A stretch of DNA of 64,000 nt from Octopus bimaculoides (taxonomy: Eukaryota), in NCBI RefSeq assembly GCF_001194135.2, contig NC_069005.1:23573150-23637149 (forward strand), written 5' to 3'. Shown here piece by piece: positions 1 through 13,824 of this stretch. Every line of letters begins with the position of its first letter. The first letter of the stretch is position 1. The position numbers and the translations under genes were made by a program. The notes below the pieces were generated by a model that worked only from the letters and a program-made list of their open reading frames with translations, ran no database searches and was not told where the DNA came from.

Positions 1-72
1 CCTCACGTGGTATTGATGTTCACATGGTCAAAATTAACGTGAGTTATTTAGACATTAACAAATTTATTAGAA

Positions 73-136
73 TATTTAGCTGAAGATCAGAATAGAGTAT
101 TATGTACTCTTAACTGTGAAACAATTGTACTAAATT
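73..136 (+). ncRNA. Type I hammerhead ribozyme motif (probable Penelope pLTR/retrozyme)
   Basis: Core CTGAAGA at 80-86 and GAAA at 118-121. Stem III is A121-T128 and C122-G127 around the palindrome ACAATTGT, with a GUA cleavage triplet at 127-129. Stem I is a perfect 6 bp (ATTTAG 74-79 / CTAAAT 130-135). Stem II is CAG/CTG plus AGAGTA/TACTCT, with a T.T mismatch next to the core. Folded by eye. Confidence 0.8.
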
Positions 137-399
137 AACTAAAGGCAAGTGTTTTTTACTCTTCTCTATTGTTTTTTGTTCTGTGTGTATCAAAAATATC
201 GCTATCAATCTGGAGTAATAATTTGTAGTTTTGAAATCAGTAGTTCTTTGACTGCTATTTCTGAATTCTCAGTATGTTGGAGAAGCAGGTTACTGTCAAT
301 CCCTATATATTTATGTTTATACTTGCTAAAATATGTAAATATACACACATATATATACACTGGCACTCTGTTAGTTATGATGATGAATATTCTGGTCGA

Positions 400-1157
<758 letters not shown>

Positions 1158-1175
1158 CACACATATACATATAGG

Positions 1176-1335
1176 TGCAGGAGTGGCTGTGTGTTAAGTA
1201 GCTTGCTTACCAACTATGTGGTTCCAGGTTCAGTCCCACTATGTGGCACCTTGGGCAAGTGTCTTCTACTATAGCCTCAGGTCGATCAAAGCCTTGTGAG
1301 TGGATTTGGTAGATAGAAACTGAAAGAAGCCCGTC

Positions 1336-1370
<35 letters not shown>

Positions 1371-1580
1371 TGTGTGTCTGTGTTTGTTGCTCCATCACTG
1401 CTTGACAACTGATGTTGGTGTGTTTACGTCCCCGTAACTTAGCGGTTTGGCAAAAGAGAAGGATAGAATAAGTACTAGGCTCACAAAGGATAACTCCTAG
1501 GGTCGATTTGTTCAACTAAAATTACTGCTCCAGCATGGCTGCAGTCAACTGACTGAAACAAATAAAAGAATAAAAGAATA
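1176..1580 (+). mobile_element. SINE family A
   Basis: GTGGCTGTGTG..AAGTAGCTTGC head with GGTTCAGTCCC B-box, internal TA tract, conserved 3' half. Confidence 0.9.
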
Positions 1581-1779
1581 TGTTCATACAAACATACATG
1601 CATACACACATACATATGCACCCATAGATGAAGACAGGTATTTCAAATACCACACAAACAGGTGTTAAATGATGACAATCTCTGTCTCTGAAAATGTGTC
1701 ATTATTACCACATGGCAGTTGAGAGCAGCTCTATATGAGATGGAAACTAATCTCAAGAACCCTTCACTGACCACCCCAC

Positions 1780-2809
1780 TGTACACTGATATTTCCTATC
1801 AAGCTGCACCTCCACTCCTGTTCATCACACACTACATATACCTCAACCGTTATCTCTAACCATCTGTTACTCTTCCCTCACACTCTTACAACTGCTCACA
1901 ACCCATGATTCACTGCTTGTATTATCCCTTAATTCTTGAGGGTTTTGCTCTGGCAAAACCACAACCATCTTACCCTTTCTCCCAGATACTTTTATCTATC
2001 CTGTGAGACAGCAACTCAATCAGGAGCAGGTGGTGTCCTCCAGTTTTACAAAAGAAATCTATTCATGTGTTTACACCTGCTAAAATTTCAGATCTTTAAT
2101 TAAGCTATGCAGTGGAATTCTTGGATCTAAGAAGAATGAGATCTTTCTGCTTTACATAAGAGTATGCACATATTTTCTCTATAGCAAGATACTGTCTTTC
2201 CCTGACTTAAAAATCGCCTCTCCACCCTCTCAAATACCCCACTGCCATTACCACTCAGTTGTCCTGTTTCCTCTTTCTTGTTTTTTCATGTCTTGTAAGT
2301 TACTTGGCAACCCCACTAGTGTTGGAGGCATGAAAAAAAGCAACCGGTACACTCTGTGAGGTAGCTGGCATTAGGGAGGACACTGAAACCCCCTTCGGTC
2401 ATGACTGACCATGGGATTGCACTTAGAAAGTTACCCTCCCAAGCACAAGTCCGGGCAAGGTTGTTTTATGGGAGAACAGCAGGCGCCCATGCATACCGGC
2501 CTCCCCTCTCCATGCCACCACTGTTATCCAAGGGAAAGGCAAAGGCTGATACAGTTTAGCACCTGTAACATCGCAACTCATTTCTACAGCTGAGGGAACT
2601 GAAGCAATGTGAAATAAAGTGTCTTGCTCAAGAACGCAACACGCAGCACGGTCCAGGATTCAAACTCACAACCTCATGACCGTAAGCTTGACGCTCTAAC
2701 CACTGAGCCATACGCCTTCACTAGGGAGGACAACCAGTCATAGATCACTAGATCTTGTCAAACCATCCAACTCATCCAACTCATGCCAGTACAGAAAATG
2801 GATGTTAAG

Positions 2810-2850
<41 letters not shown>
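1780..2850 (+). mobile_element. RTE-LINE 3' UTR remnant (CT-rich segment plus AAAAAGCAC..CCAACCCATGCC..(GAT)n tail), interrupted by SINE D
   Basis: The same tail directly follows RTE ORF ends at 49345-49820 and 53130-53490. This copy ends in (GAT)n at about 2811-2870. Confidence 0.6.
2385..2720 (-). mobile_element. SINE family D (tRNA-like head GGCGTATGGCTCAGTGGTTAGAGCG)
   Basis: Reverse tRNA-like A/B boxes at about 2650-2720. Homologous to 9140-9447 and 50235-50556. Confidence 0.85.
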
Positions 2851-2871
<21 letters not shown>

Positions 2872-3548
2872 ATATATATATGTATCTATGTTTGGGTGTG
2901 TGACTTTGTGTTTGTGCTTGTCTCTCACCACTGCTTCACAACTGGTGCTGGTTTGGTTATGTGTGTGTAACTTGGCAGTTNNNNNNNNNNNNNNNNNNNN
3001 NNNNNNNNNNNNNNNNNNNNNNNNNNNNNNNNNNNNNNNNNNNNNNNNNNNNNNNNNNNNNNNNNNNNNNNNNNNNNNNNNNNNNNNNNNNNNNNNNNNN
3101 NNNNNNNNNNNNNNNNNNNNNNNNNNNNNNNNNNNNNNNNNNNNNNNNNNNNNNNNNNNNNNNNNNNNNNNNNNNNNNNNNNNNNNNNNNNNNNNNNNNN
3201 NNNNNNNNNNNNNNNNNNNNNNNNNNNNNNNNNNNNNNNNNNNNNNNNNNNNNNNNNNNNNNNNNNNNNNNNNNNNNNNNNNNNNNNNNNNNNNNNNNNN
3301 NNNNNNNNNNNNNNNNNTATATATATATATATACATATATATATACACATAAATTTGTACATTATATATATATATATATAAATATACACACACACACATA
3401 CATACATTTTCATATATATATATATATATATATATACATGCATACACATAACAAACACACCCACACTCACAAATGTAGATAGTCAGATATAGATGTTTAT
3501 GTCATCTAATAAATCACTCCTGTCTCTAGAACACCTCATGTTGCTTAA

Positions 3549-3578
3549 AGCTGCCAACGTATCAGAGAAAACAACAAT

Positions 3579-3609
<31 letters not shown>

Positions 3610-3860
3610 GCAGCAATTTCAAACTTCAAATGCAGACATACCACCCACACCTGAAATATTGCCTGAAACGACGGCGACGACGACAACAACAACAACAACA
3701 ACAACATCGACAGCTTCGTGCCTCAATGAGCAATGGAAATCAATACCACTTACATCAGCCAGTAATATGTGGCAATGGCAGAAAAACTTGGGCTGCTGCT
3801 AATGAAACTACGTCTCGTGTATTGGTGTATAGATCTATCATGCCCGTACACACACATACA
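3549..3860. other. CpG-retaining (CAA)n/(CGA)n-rich island; possible UTR or low-complexity exon
   Basis: The + frame is open from 3549 (poly-N, KRRRRR, poly-Q). There is also a - strand donor GAT|GTAAGT at 3754/3753. No recognisable domain. Confidence 0.25.
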
Positions 3861-4130
3861 CACACACATAAACCTACCCTTACCTACACAAACACACACA
3901 CACACACTCTTTCCAATAGAAGTGGAAAATCTATGGATAGGTATATACATGTTAGTGGGCCTCCCACATGCATAAATACATGAATACACACACGTGTACA
4001 TTCATGCAGGTGGGTACTTGAATATTCGTTTATGTTGTATACATTCATAGATTTCTCTACACCCAACTATCTACATATACATCTCTTTCTCTTGTACGTA
4101 TGTATGAATGTATGTATGTGTCTATATTCA

Positions 4131-4210
<80 letters not shown>

Positions 4211-5702
4211 NNNNNNNNNNNNNNNNNNNNNNNNNNNNNNNNNNNNNNNNNNNNNNNNNNNNNNNNNNNNNNNNNNNNNNNNNNNNNNNNNNNNNNNNNN
4301 NNNNNNNNNNNNNNNNNNNNNNNNNNNNNNNNNNNNNNNNNNNNNNNNNNNNNNNNNNNNNNNNNNNNNNNNNNNNNNNNNNNNNNNNNNNNNNNNNNNN
4401 NNNNNNNNNNNNNNNNNNNNNNNNNNNNNNNNNNNNNNNNNNNNNNNNNNNNNNNNNNNNNNNNNNNNNNNNNNNNNNNNNNNNNNNNNNNNNNNNNNNN
4501 NNNNNNNNNNNNNNNNNNNNNNNNNNNNNNNNNGGGGGGGGGGTGAATGGATAGATAGATAGTGAGATTGATTGATTGATAGATAGATAATGCACTTCAT
4601 GTTTACGTATTTCTTGTTTCAAGGATATAAACAAGCAGGCGGATTAGTTGTGAGGCAAGTGCGTGGTGAGCATTTGATGTCATTGATGTCATGTTCAGCT
4701 TAAACCTGAAACATTGTATGGCTTCTCACCAACTCCAAGAATTAAACAGCAAGGTTCAGAGTGTTTTGAGGAGAATAAGAGACAAATAAGTAGTTGGTCT
4801 TTCAACAAATACCATTTTTTTTTCCTTTTGTTCAGGAGTGGAGGGCAATTCTCTTGTTCCTTCACAGGGCCTCAAACCCTTGTAAGGAGAAAGGGAAGAA
4901 AGTATCCTCCAACTGAAGATTTGGTTCAAATGCTTGCGCCAGAGTGAACTATTGTTACCCAAGGTGCCAGGTAGTGGTGTTAAAACAAACAGTGGGTTAA
5001 ATCTACCACCCATATAATAAGCCATAGTAGGATTTAAACCCTGACTGCAAAGAGCTGGGGCAAATGAATGAAGCATTGTACCTGACATTTTAATATATAT
5101 GTCAATTTTCTGCCAATAATATAGAAAAGTACAAGGAAACATTTACCCCAACTGTGGAGTTTTTTCACACCGTAGTCTCAAATTTTGGGATGAGACAGAA
5201 ATTTCACAGGCTTTGAAACAGTTGCCAGATTTGTGAAAACAAAACAAGGAACATGTTAAGAGAAAAGGCAAATAAAATGCTGGAAGTCCATCACAAATGG
5301 GTGCTCAATCCCTTTGGAATGTTTGAACTTTATGGAATGCTAGGAGGTACCAGAGGAACAGGTGGTTATTAAAGACTACATCAGCAGTCTATTCACAACT
5401 AAGAAATCACAGCCCAAAGGTGAGACACTTTATGATTAGGCTAAGACTAGAAAACATTCATGGGTAATTTCTGGATGACTCATGGGATCTGAGTACAAAA
5501 GTGGCCTATGTTATGAGATACCCTGATCCTACCCAGGTGGTAGCTTTTCCCTCCTGTGAGACTGAATTATTGCACTGCATATTTGCTCCACTAATTATGT
5601 ATAATATACACATGTGGACTACCATGTTTTGTAGGCCTTTTGTATAAAACATTCGGCATTGCATATCAGGGTCATTGTGACCAATAACGAAATTTTTGAT
5701 TC

Positions 5703-5915
5703 AAAGGTGGCAAACTGGCAGACCTGTTAGCACACCTGGCAAAATGCTTAGTGGCATTTTGTCTGTTTTTATGTTCTAAGTTCAAATTCTGCCAAGGTTA
5801 ATTTTTGCCTTTCATCCTTTAGGAATCGCTAAAATAAGTACCAGTTGATCACAGGGGTCAATATAATGACTTAACCCTTCCCCAAAACTGTTGACCTACC
5901 AAAATTTGAAACCAT
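5703..5915 (+). mobile_element. SINE family B (GAGCTGGCAGAATCGTTAGC head; GCCTTTCATCCTTTCGGGGTCGATAAA core)
   Basis: Diverged match to the intact copies at 48609-48822 and 57235-57470. Confidence 0.8.
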
Positions 5916-6067
5916 TATTATTTTTATTCATATTCTTTCTATTTCCCTTTCTTCTCCTGAGCTATCAATGTCATGTCTCAGCTCCTTTCCACAGATGCAA
6001 CACTTTCCTCAGCATATGCTGTTCCAAGTATTGCTGTCAACTGTTTACTTCCTATATAAATAAATAA

Positions 6068-6317
6068 ATGCGCCCTTTTAAAGCCCAGCCAGGCTCATGG
6101 GCCCGGTTTCCCGGTTTCAATGGCGTATGTGTTCCCCAGCTGGACGGGACGCCAGACCATCGCAGCATTACTCATCTTTGCCAGCTGAGTGGACTGGAGC
6201 AACATGAAATGAAGTGTTCTGCTCATGAACACAACGCGTTGCCTGGTCCAGGAATTGAAACCATAATCTTACGATCATGATGCTGACACCCTAACCACTA
6301 AGCCACGCACCTCCACA
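6068..6317 (-). mobile_element. SINE family E
   Basis: Homologous to 61950-62245 and 55720-55965. Reverse tRNA-like head ending at GCCACGCACCTCCAC. Confidence 0.85.
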
Positions 6318-6339
6318 TTTACTTCCTATAAAGTTTGAT

Positions 6340-6715
6340 ATTTCCAGCTTTTCATGACAGAATATTGCTTTCTTTGAGATGATCCCAAGTGCCGACCACA
6401 ATAGATATCACACTCACTTTTGAGACTCTATTCTAGGTCTTGGTATTTCTTGACTTTCTCAATCTCTGTCTTCACAATATTCTGGTCTCCAAGCATAGCT
6501 ATGCTGATGAAGGTTCATTCTTTGGACTCCTTCAGTAGGAGAGCGATATCTTGTTGATTATGTTGCAGCTTCTTATTTGTGTAGATTGACATTTCCCAAG
6601 TGAATTTCACCTGGTTGTTCTCTGCTACTGGCAAAGATTTGTGCTCATACCATTTGTAGGAGCATTCTAGCCCATACTTCCTGCACAGCAATAATCTTCT
6701 GATGAACAACATTGA
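6340..6715 (-). mobile_element. R4/Dong-type non-LTR retrotransposon C-terminal remnant (restriction-like endonuclease region)
   Basis: The minus ORF LLCRKYGLECSYKWYEHK..ENNQVKFTWEMSIYTNKKLQHNQQDIALL matches the LC.KYG..WY.H..EN..K..WD..I.TD..L.HNRPDI motif of the R4/Dong clade. Downstream is IVVGTWDHL-like. Confidence 0.8.
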
Positions 6716-6734
6716 AGGAGATTATTTTACTTTG

Positions 6735-7016
6735 ATTATTAAGACAAAGAGCTGGCAGAATTATTAGCACATAAGACTAAGTGCACTTCAAGTGGCAAGT
6801 TAGCAGAATCATTAACACACCAGGCAAAATGCTTGGCAGCATGCTGCCAAGATCAACTTGGCCTTCCAACATTTTGGGGTCAATAAAATAAGTATCAGTT
6901 GAGTACTGGGGTTATTGTAATCAACTAGTCCCTGCCCTACAAATTTCAAACCTTGTTTCTATAGCAGGAAGGATCATCATCATCATCATCACCACCACCA
7001 CCACCACCACCATCGC

Positions 7017-7055
<39 letters not shown>

Positions 7056-7885
7056 TACATTGACCCCTGTGATCAACGGGTACTTATTTTATCGATCCCT
7101 AAAGGATGAAAGGCAAAAATCAGCCTTGGCAGAATTTGAACTTAGAACATAAAGACAGACAAATTATTAGTATTGTGGATTGGCACATTCTTTGAGTATT
7201 GCATTTCTTCCTGCTGTTCACTTTCTGGGGTCAAGTCTCACCAAGGTCAACTTTGCATTTCATTCTTTGAGGCTTGATAAAATAAAATAGCAGTCAAGTA
7301 ATGGGATCGATGTATCAACTAGTCTCCTCCCTTCAAAACTGCTNNNNNNNNNNNNNNNNNNNNNNNNNNNNNNNNNNNNNNNNNNNNNNNNNNNNNNNNN
7401 NNNNNNNNNNNNNNNNNNNNNNNNNNNNNNNNNNNNNNNNNNNNNNNNNNNNNNNNNNNNNNNNNNNNNNNNNNNNNNNNNNNNNNNNNNNNNNNNNNNN
7501 NNNNNNNNNNNNNNNNNNNNNNNNNNNNNNNNNNNNNNNNNNNNNNNNNNNNNGACTCTTTTATCCTTCTGGGGTTTGATTAAATAAAGTACCAGCCCAC
7601 TACTGGAGTTGATGTAATTGATTTACCCCTTCCTTCAAATTGCTGGTCTGGGGCCAAAATTAGAAAGAATAATTATTCTTTTCTACTCTAGGCACAAGGC
7701 CCGAATTTTGGGGGAGGGGGCCAGTCGATTAGATTGACCCCAGTACGCTACTGGTACTTTATCAACCCCGAAAAGATGAAAGGTAAAATTGACCTTGGCG
7801 GAATTTGAACTCAGAATGTAAAGACAGACGAAATACCGCTAAGCATTTCACCCGGTGTGCTAACGTTTCTGCCAGCTCGCCGTGT
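6735..7885. mobile_element. Cluster of SINE B fragments in both orientations, with (CAT/CAC)n tract and gap
   Basis: + copies at about 6735-6970 and 7170-7343; - copies at about 7060-7160 and 7680-7885. Confidence 0.7.
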
Positions 7886-8429
7886 TAGAAAGAATAATTG
7901 TTATGGATATAAAAACAATGGAACAGCATGGCTGTCAGTTTGGATTAAATACATTCAACACATTTACATTTATTCCCTTATATTCAGAGCTGGTGCAAAT
8001 AGAGTTTAGTTAAGAAGTTCAGTTCACAACCATGAGATTCTTGGTTCACTCTCAATATGTGGCACTTTGGGCAATTAAAACTTTGGTAGACATCCACAGT
8101 TTTCAAATCCTAATCTCCCCATACAGCAAAGTTCAATTATTATTTTTTTGTATTCCACCATATAAAATAAATATCATACAAAATACTAGGTTGATATATT
8201 TACTGGAGATACTCCAGTATGGTCATGGTCCAATGAAAGACAATAGTAAAAGAATACAACAAAAAGAAAGTTCAAATCTTGGTAAAGTTAACTTTGCCTT
8301 TCTCGTAATACAGGTTAAAAGCCATGCACTAGAGTAAATTGTTTTTTAATAGTTGTGCCTCTCTTACTCCCTCAGTCTATCCATCTATACATTCATCAAT
8401 CCATCCAACCCTCTCCCCTCTCAAGTGTG

Positions 8430-8880
8430 TCCCATTTTCAAGAAGGGCAACCTTTCTGACTGTCAACTATTGAAAGCACTTCCACCATCTCAAAGATGAT
8501 GGTGACAGACATTCACAACAACTTTCTCCAGCACCTTAGCTCCTCCTCCTTACTTAATGACTACAGCACAACTTTTGTACAGTTAGACCTACAAGACGTC
8601 TATTCTCCTATGTCATGCACCATGCCACATGTTCAAGAAATTTGGTAAAAACAGTGATGTTGCACTCTGCTTCTGTAAAGAATTTGACCATATCTGAGAT
8701 CCTGGCAAAACTGGTCACCCTAAGCGCTCCCTCCATCTGCAGCTCTTCAATCTGAGATTTCCTGTTAGATTGAACCCTCACTGTGTGCTGGTGTAGTTTC
8801 CTCTGACCCACACTCTATCTACTGTGGTTTGACTCCATTCCACAAATTCATAACATATACCTAAACAACTTCTATGTCAT
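8430..8880 (+). mobile_element. CR1-clade LINE reverse transcriptase remnant
   Basis: Frameshifted translation KGNLSD..NFLQHLSSSSLLND..FKKFGKNSDVALCFCKEFDHI resembles the CR1 RT segment (LQHL.S.SLL.D.Q.GF..ALDISKAFDRVW). Confidence 0.6.
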
Positions 8881-8902
8881 CACCTTGAACAGCCTTTTAT
8901 CT

Positions 8903-9125
8903 TTTACTTGTTTCAGTCGACTTCAGCCATGCTGGATAGGGCACCACCCTGGAATTTTAGTCAAACTAATCAACCCCAGTACTTATTTTCTTTTTGAATC
9001 TGGTACTTATTCTATTGGTCTCTTTTGCTGAACCACTAAGTTATGAGGACATAAACACACCAACACTGGTCGTGGTGGTGGTGGTGGAGGACAAACACAG
9101 ATACAAAGACATACACACACATAGG
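8903..9125 (-). mobile_element. SINE A 3' half
   Basis: CTTTTACTTGTTTCAGTC..GGACATAAACACACCAAC match to the family. Confidence 0.85.
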
Positions 9126-9139
9126 CAGAGGGAAAAAAA

Positions 9140-9447
9140 AAGTTTGGTCACAAATGATCATGGGATTTGCACCTAGAAAGTTCCTCTCCAAGGCACAATT
9201 CCAGGCAAGGTTGTTTACGGAAGACCAGCAGTCGCCCATGCATACCAACCTCCCCTCTCCACACCAAGGGAGTGGCAAAAGCTGATACAGCTTGGCACCA
9301 GTGACATCACAACTCATTTCAATAGCTGAGTGAACTGGAGCAACGTGAAATAAAATGTCTTGCTCAAGAACACAACACACAGCCCAGTCCAGGAATTGAA
9401 CTCACTGCCTCACAATTATAAGCCTGACACTGTAACCATTGAGCCAT
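9140..9447 (-). mobile_element. SINE family D
   Basis: Homologous to 2385-2720. Confidence 0.85.
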
Positions 9448-9449
9448 AG

Positions 9450-10094
9450 GCAGACAAATCACAAATACCAAGATGGCCCTGCTTGATCTGTAGAAAAGGC
9501 ATAGGTAGAAAGTTCATAAAATGCACCCTGTGTAAGCTTTGGACACATAAGAGTTGCAGCAATATCAGAAGAAAGTTAACAAGGAAAATAGCTTTTGTGT
9601 GTAGAAACTGCACAAGTAGAATAAACACTGAAAATAGACCCTATCAACTGCCAATGGGGTAAGCTAGAGGTAGTAGATAGCTTCCGTTACCTAGGTGACA
9701 AGTTAGTAGCAGAAGTGGATGCTCTGAGAGCATAGCTGTGAGAATAAGATTAGGCTGGGCAAAGTTCAGAGAGCTCCTACCTCTGAAAGGCAGATTGTAT
9801 GATGTCTGTGTGCAAACAGCCATGCTACACGGCAGTGAAACATAGGCTGTGACAGCTGAGGACATGCATAGGCTTGAAAGAAATGAAGCCAGTATGCTTT
9901 GCTGGATGTTCAATGTCAATGTGCATGTTCAACAGAGTGTAAGCATCTTGAGAGAAAAGTTGGGTATAAGAGGCATCAGATGTGGTGTGCAAGAGAGACG
10001 AATGTGCTGGTATGGTCATGTGATGCATATGGACGAGGACAGCTGTGTAAAGAAGTGCTGATCTCTAACTGTGGAGGGAATCTGTGGTAGAGGT
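9450..10094 (+). mobile_element. RTE-clade LINE ORF2 3' remnant with Cys-rich insert
   Basis: RLGWAKFRELLPL..KGRLYDVCVQTAMLHGSET*AVTAEDMHRLERNEASMLCWM..LREKLGIRGIRCGVQERRMCWYGHVMHMDEDSCVKKC, a typical RTE C-terminus. It runs into a gap. Confidence 0.9.
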
Positions 10095-10544
10095 NNNNNN
10101 NNNNNNNNNNNNNNNNNNNNNNNNNNNNNNNNNNNNNNNNNNNNNNNNNNNNNNNNNNNNNNNNNNNNNNNNNNNNNNNNNNNNNNNNNNNNNNNNNNNN
10201 NNNNNNNNNNNNNNNNNNNNNNNNNNNNNNNNNNNNNNNNNNNNNNNNNNNNNNNNNNNNNNNNNNNNNNNNNNNNNNNNNNNNNNNNNNNNNNNNNNNN
10301 NNNNNNNNNNNNNNNNNNNNNNNNNNNNNNNNNNNNNNNNNNNNNNNNNNNNNNNNNNNNNNNNNNNNNNNNNNNNNNNNNNNNNNNNNNNNNNNNNNNN
10401 NNNNNNNNNNNNNNNNNNNNNNNNNNNNNNNNNNNNNNNNNNNNNNNNNNNNNNNNNNNNNNNNNNNNNNNNNNNNNNNNNNNNNNNNNNNNNNNNNNNN
10501 NNNNNNNNNNNNNNNNNNNNNATATATATATATATATATATACA

Positions 10545-10710
10545 CACACGATGGGCTTCATTCAGTTTCTATCTATAAAATCCACTCACAAGGCTTTGGT
10601 TGGACTGAAGCTATAGTAGAAAACACTTGCCCAAGGTGCTATGCAATGGGACTGAACCCAAAATCATGTAGTTGTGAAGCAAACCTCTTACCACACAGCC
10701 ATGCCTGTGC
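10545..10710 (-). mobile_element. SINE A 5' half
   Basis: TCCACTCACAAGGCTTTGG..CCACACAGCC match. Confidence 0.85.
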
Positions 10711-11086
10711 CAATGTTCATTCTTATGGAGATAATACCAACCTTCCTTCTTTCCTAATCATTCATAGAACACCTCGACAATATTCAGATACAGTCACCAG
10801 ATTTTCCAATGTGCAGGGGGTATCAAGAAAACATCATCCTATGTGTCCTTTTCTAAGACTGGAGTGTCATTTGGAAAGATCCGGCTGCTATTTCTAGCAG
10901 GCAGAAGTGTATGGAAGGGAAGGAAGTCAGTAACATGTCAGTCAGATGTGGTAAACACCATGGTGTAATGACGAAATGGAAGTGTGTGCGTTTTTAGTGA
11001 ACCATCAGAGGAAATTAGGAATGATGTCAGACTGTGAAAGATGCAGCAGAGAACGACACAAGTATTGATGCTGAGCTGGACAGACA

Positions 11087-11144
<58 letters not shown>

Positions 11145-11146
11145 CT

Positions 11147-11177
<31 letters not shown>

Positions 11178-11650
11178 TTACACATAGATTTAGAGAGAGA
11201 GAGAAACAGCTGATAGATAGAAAGNNNNNNNNNNGGTAGATAGATAAGAGAAGAGAGACAGACAATCACTTACCTAAACAATCGAGGCCAGATGCAGTCC
11301 AGGTTTGAGAGAGAGAGATAGAAAGAGAGAGAAAGAGGGGGGGGGGTAGAGAAATTCAGTGAAAACAGCTAAAGTTGCCAATATCAAAATACAGTTTGAT
11401 ATGATTATGATATCCCATGTGTGTGTGTGTGTGGATGATGTATGTATGTATGTATGTATGTATACATGCATGCATGTGTGTGTATGTATGTATGTTTGTA
11501 TGCATGTATGTTATGAATGTATGTTATATATATATGTATATTATGGCTATGTGTGTGATGATGTGTGTATGTATGTATGTCTAAATATTTTAATATAATT
11601 AATATTTGATATATTTAAATATATGTTAAATATATTTCATGTTAAATATA

Positions 11651-11685
<35 letters not shown>

Positions 11686-11947
11686 TTACAGTTCCTATTT
11701 CATGTTGCATGAGGTCATCTCACCAGACAATCAGCAACAAGTTCTCCACAGATTGTTGTGTGGTTGCTGGAACACAACAACACACATGACACAGTACTCC
11801 ACCACACACCACACAAATCACTCTACACCACCACCACCACCACCACCACTACCACTAATACTAACCACATTACATCAGTCCCAATTGCTACCTTAATAGG
11901 AATTCACTGTCCTTATCTTAAAACAACCAAAACAAAACTAAAAATTA

Positions 11948-12366
11948 AGCTGTGTGGTTAAGAAGTTTGTTTGGTAGCCACATGGTTTTGGGGTTGAGCT
12001 CTACTGTGCAGCACCTTGGCCAAGTGTCTGCTACTATAGTCTTGGGGTTACCAAAACCTTGTGAATGAGTTAGTGAATGGAAATTCCATGGAAGCACATC
12101 AGATGTGTGGGATATCCATGTGTGTATGTGTGCATGCACGTGTGTGTCTTTGTATTTGTGTCCTGCCATTACTTGATAACTAGTGTTAGTTTGTTTACAT
12201 TCCTGTAATGTAACTGTTCAGCAAAAGAGACTGACAAAATAAGTATCAGAACTTCAGAAAAGAGTATTGGAGCCAGATTATTCAACTAAAACCCTTCAAA
12301 GTGATGCCCCCACCCCTCCACCAGTATATTAAGAGTTCTATGACTGAAACAAGTAAAAGACAAAAG
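11948..12366 (+). mobile_element. SINE family A (diverged)
   Basis: Head, body, TG-rich middle and tail are all recognisable. Confidence 0.85.
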
Positions 12367-13382
12367 AACCCTAACCATTTTCTCTTCTCTCACCTTCTTC
12401 ACACAGAACTTGACAAAGTCAGTGGTGGGGCTTGACTGTAGTGAAAGTGTCTCTCCTCAGTTCGTTCAATTGTGTTTACAATGCAAACTTTCCCACCATC
12501 ACCATCAGACAAGCTGAAAACTGTCTACCTTTCCTAGCCAAAGGAAGGTAGCAACATAATTCTCTCAATGGACTATACAGGTGGCCAGGTCTGTCCTACT
12601 TGTGACAAAAGCTGTTGAACATAACTCGACAGCTTAGCAATGCTCAGACACTGAATAAATGTGTGAAGTATGGTTTCAACAACTTGAATGCTTCTCAGAG
12701 AGGTCTAGTCGACAGCACTCTTGTGTCTGTTTAGCTTTTCTGAACTAGCAATCCATCAACAGACCATACATCAAAGCTGTCCATAGTTTTCTGGCTGGCA
12801 AATATTGATAATTAATCCTACCAAAGGGTTTTGATTGATCCAAGTGAATTAGAGCACTACTTTGATAAAAATGGGGTCTGCCACCATATAAAATACAAAA
12901 CTTTGTATGGAAAATGATTTCAAGCACATAGGTGTGCGTGTGCGTGTCTGGGCGTGCACAATAAACATAAAAATATGTATTTGTGTGTGACCTAGATAGT
13001 AGTACTGCAAGCATCTCCACTTCTGGTCCTACTATCCTACTTCCCAACTTCCACTTTACACAAGACCAACCATGTAAACAGATGTAAATCTGGTAACATT
13101 TATTTCTAGTTTTCTCTTGCCTCTCATGTCTTTCCTTTCTCTTTGAAATAGGGCATAACCTGAAATATTAGATTCTCTTGTTTCTTTGCCTGGCATATTT
13201 ATTTGAATTGTATACATTTTCCAGTGTTATTGTTTTGTTCCATATTTCTATGTTTTCTATTTTTTAATTTTTAGCAAAGGGTTTTGCTTGTCTGATTTAA
13301 GTATTATTTATCTGGTCGTTACTTCATTGCATCATAGTGGTACTTCTTTTATTTGTGTGGTTTTATCCATTCATCTGTCTGA

Positions 13383-13416
<34 letters not shown>

Positions 13417-13418
<2 letters not shown>

Positions 13419-13818
13419 TTTTACTTGTTTCAGTCATTTGACTGAGACCATGCTAGAGCACCACCTTGAAGGGTTTAAGTTGAATAAATTGACCCCATGA
13501 CTTATTTGTTTTTTTTTTTTAAAGCCTAATACTTATTCTATCAGTCTCTTTCACTGAACCACTAAGTTACAGGGATGTAAACGCACCGACACCAGTTGTT
13601 AAGCAGTGATGGGGGGGAAAACACAAAGATACACATACACACACACACACACATACGATAGGCTCATTTCAATTTCCATTCACCAAATCTACTCTCAAGG
13701 CTTTGGTTGACCCAAGGCTATAGTAGAAGACACTTGCCCAAGGTGCCATACAGTGGGACTGAAAACGGAACCATATGATTGGGAAACAAGCTTCTAACCA
13801 CACAGCCACATCTGTGCC
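13417..13818 (-). mobile_element. SINE family A
   Basis: Full reverse copy with internal (CA)n. Confidence 0.85.
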
Positions 13819-13824
13819 TATATA

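Noticed and set aside
2640-2720. tRNA-like A/B boxes (also in the other SINE heads)
   Set aside because: These are SINE heads, not tRNA genes: no complete cloverleaf, and they continue into SINE bodies.
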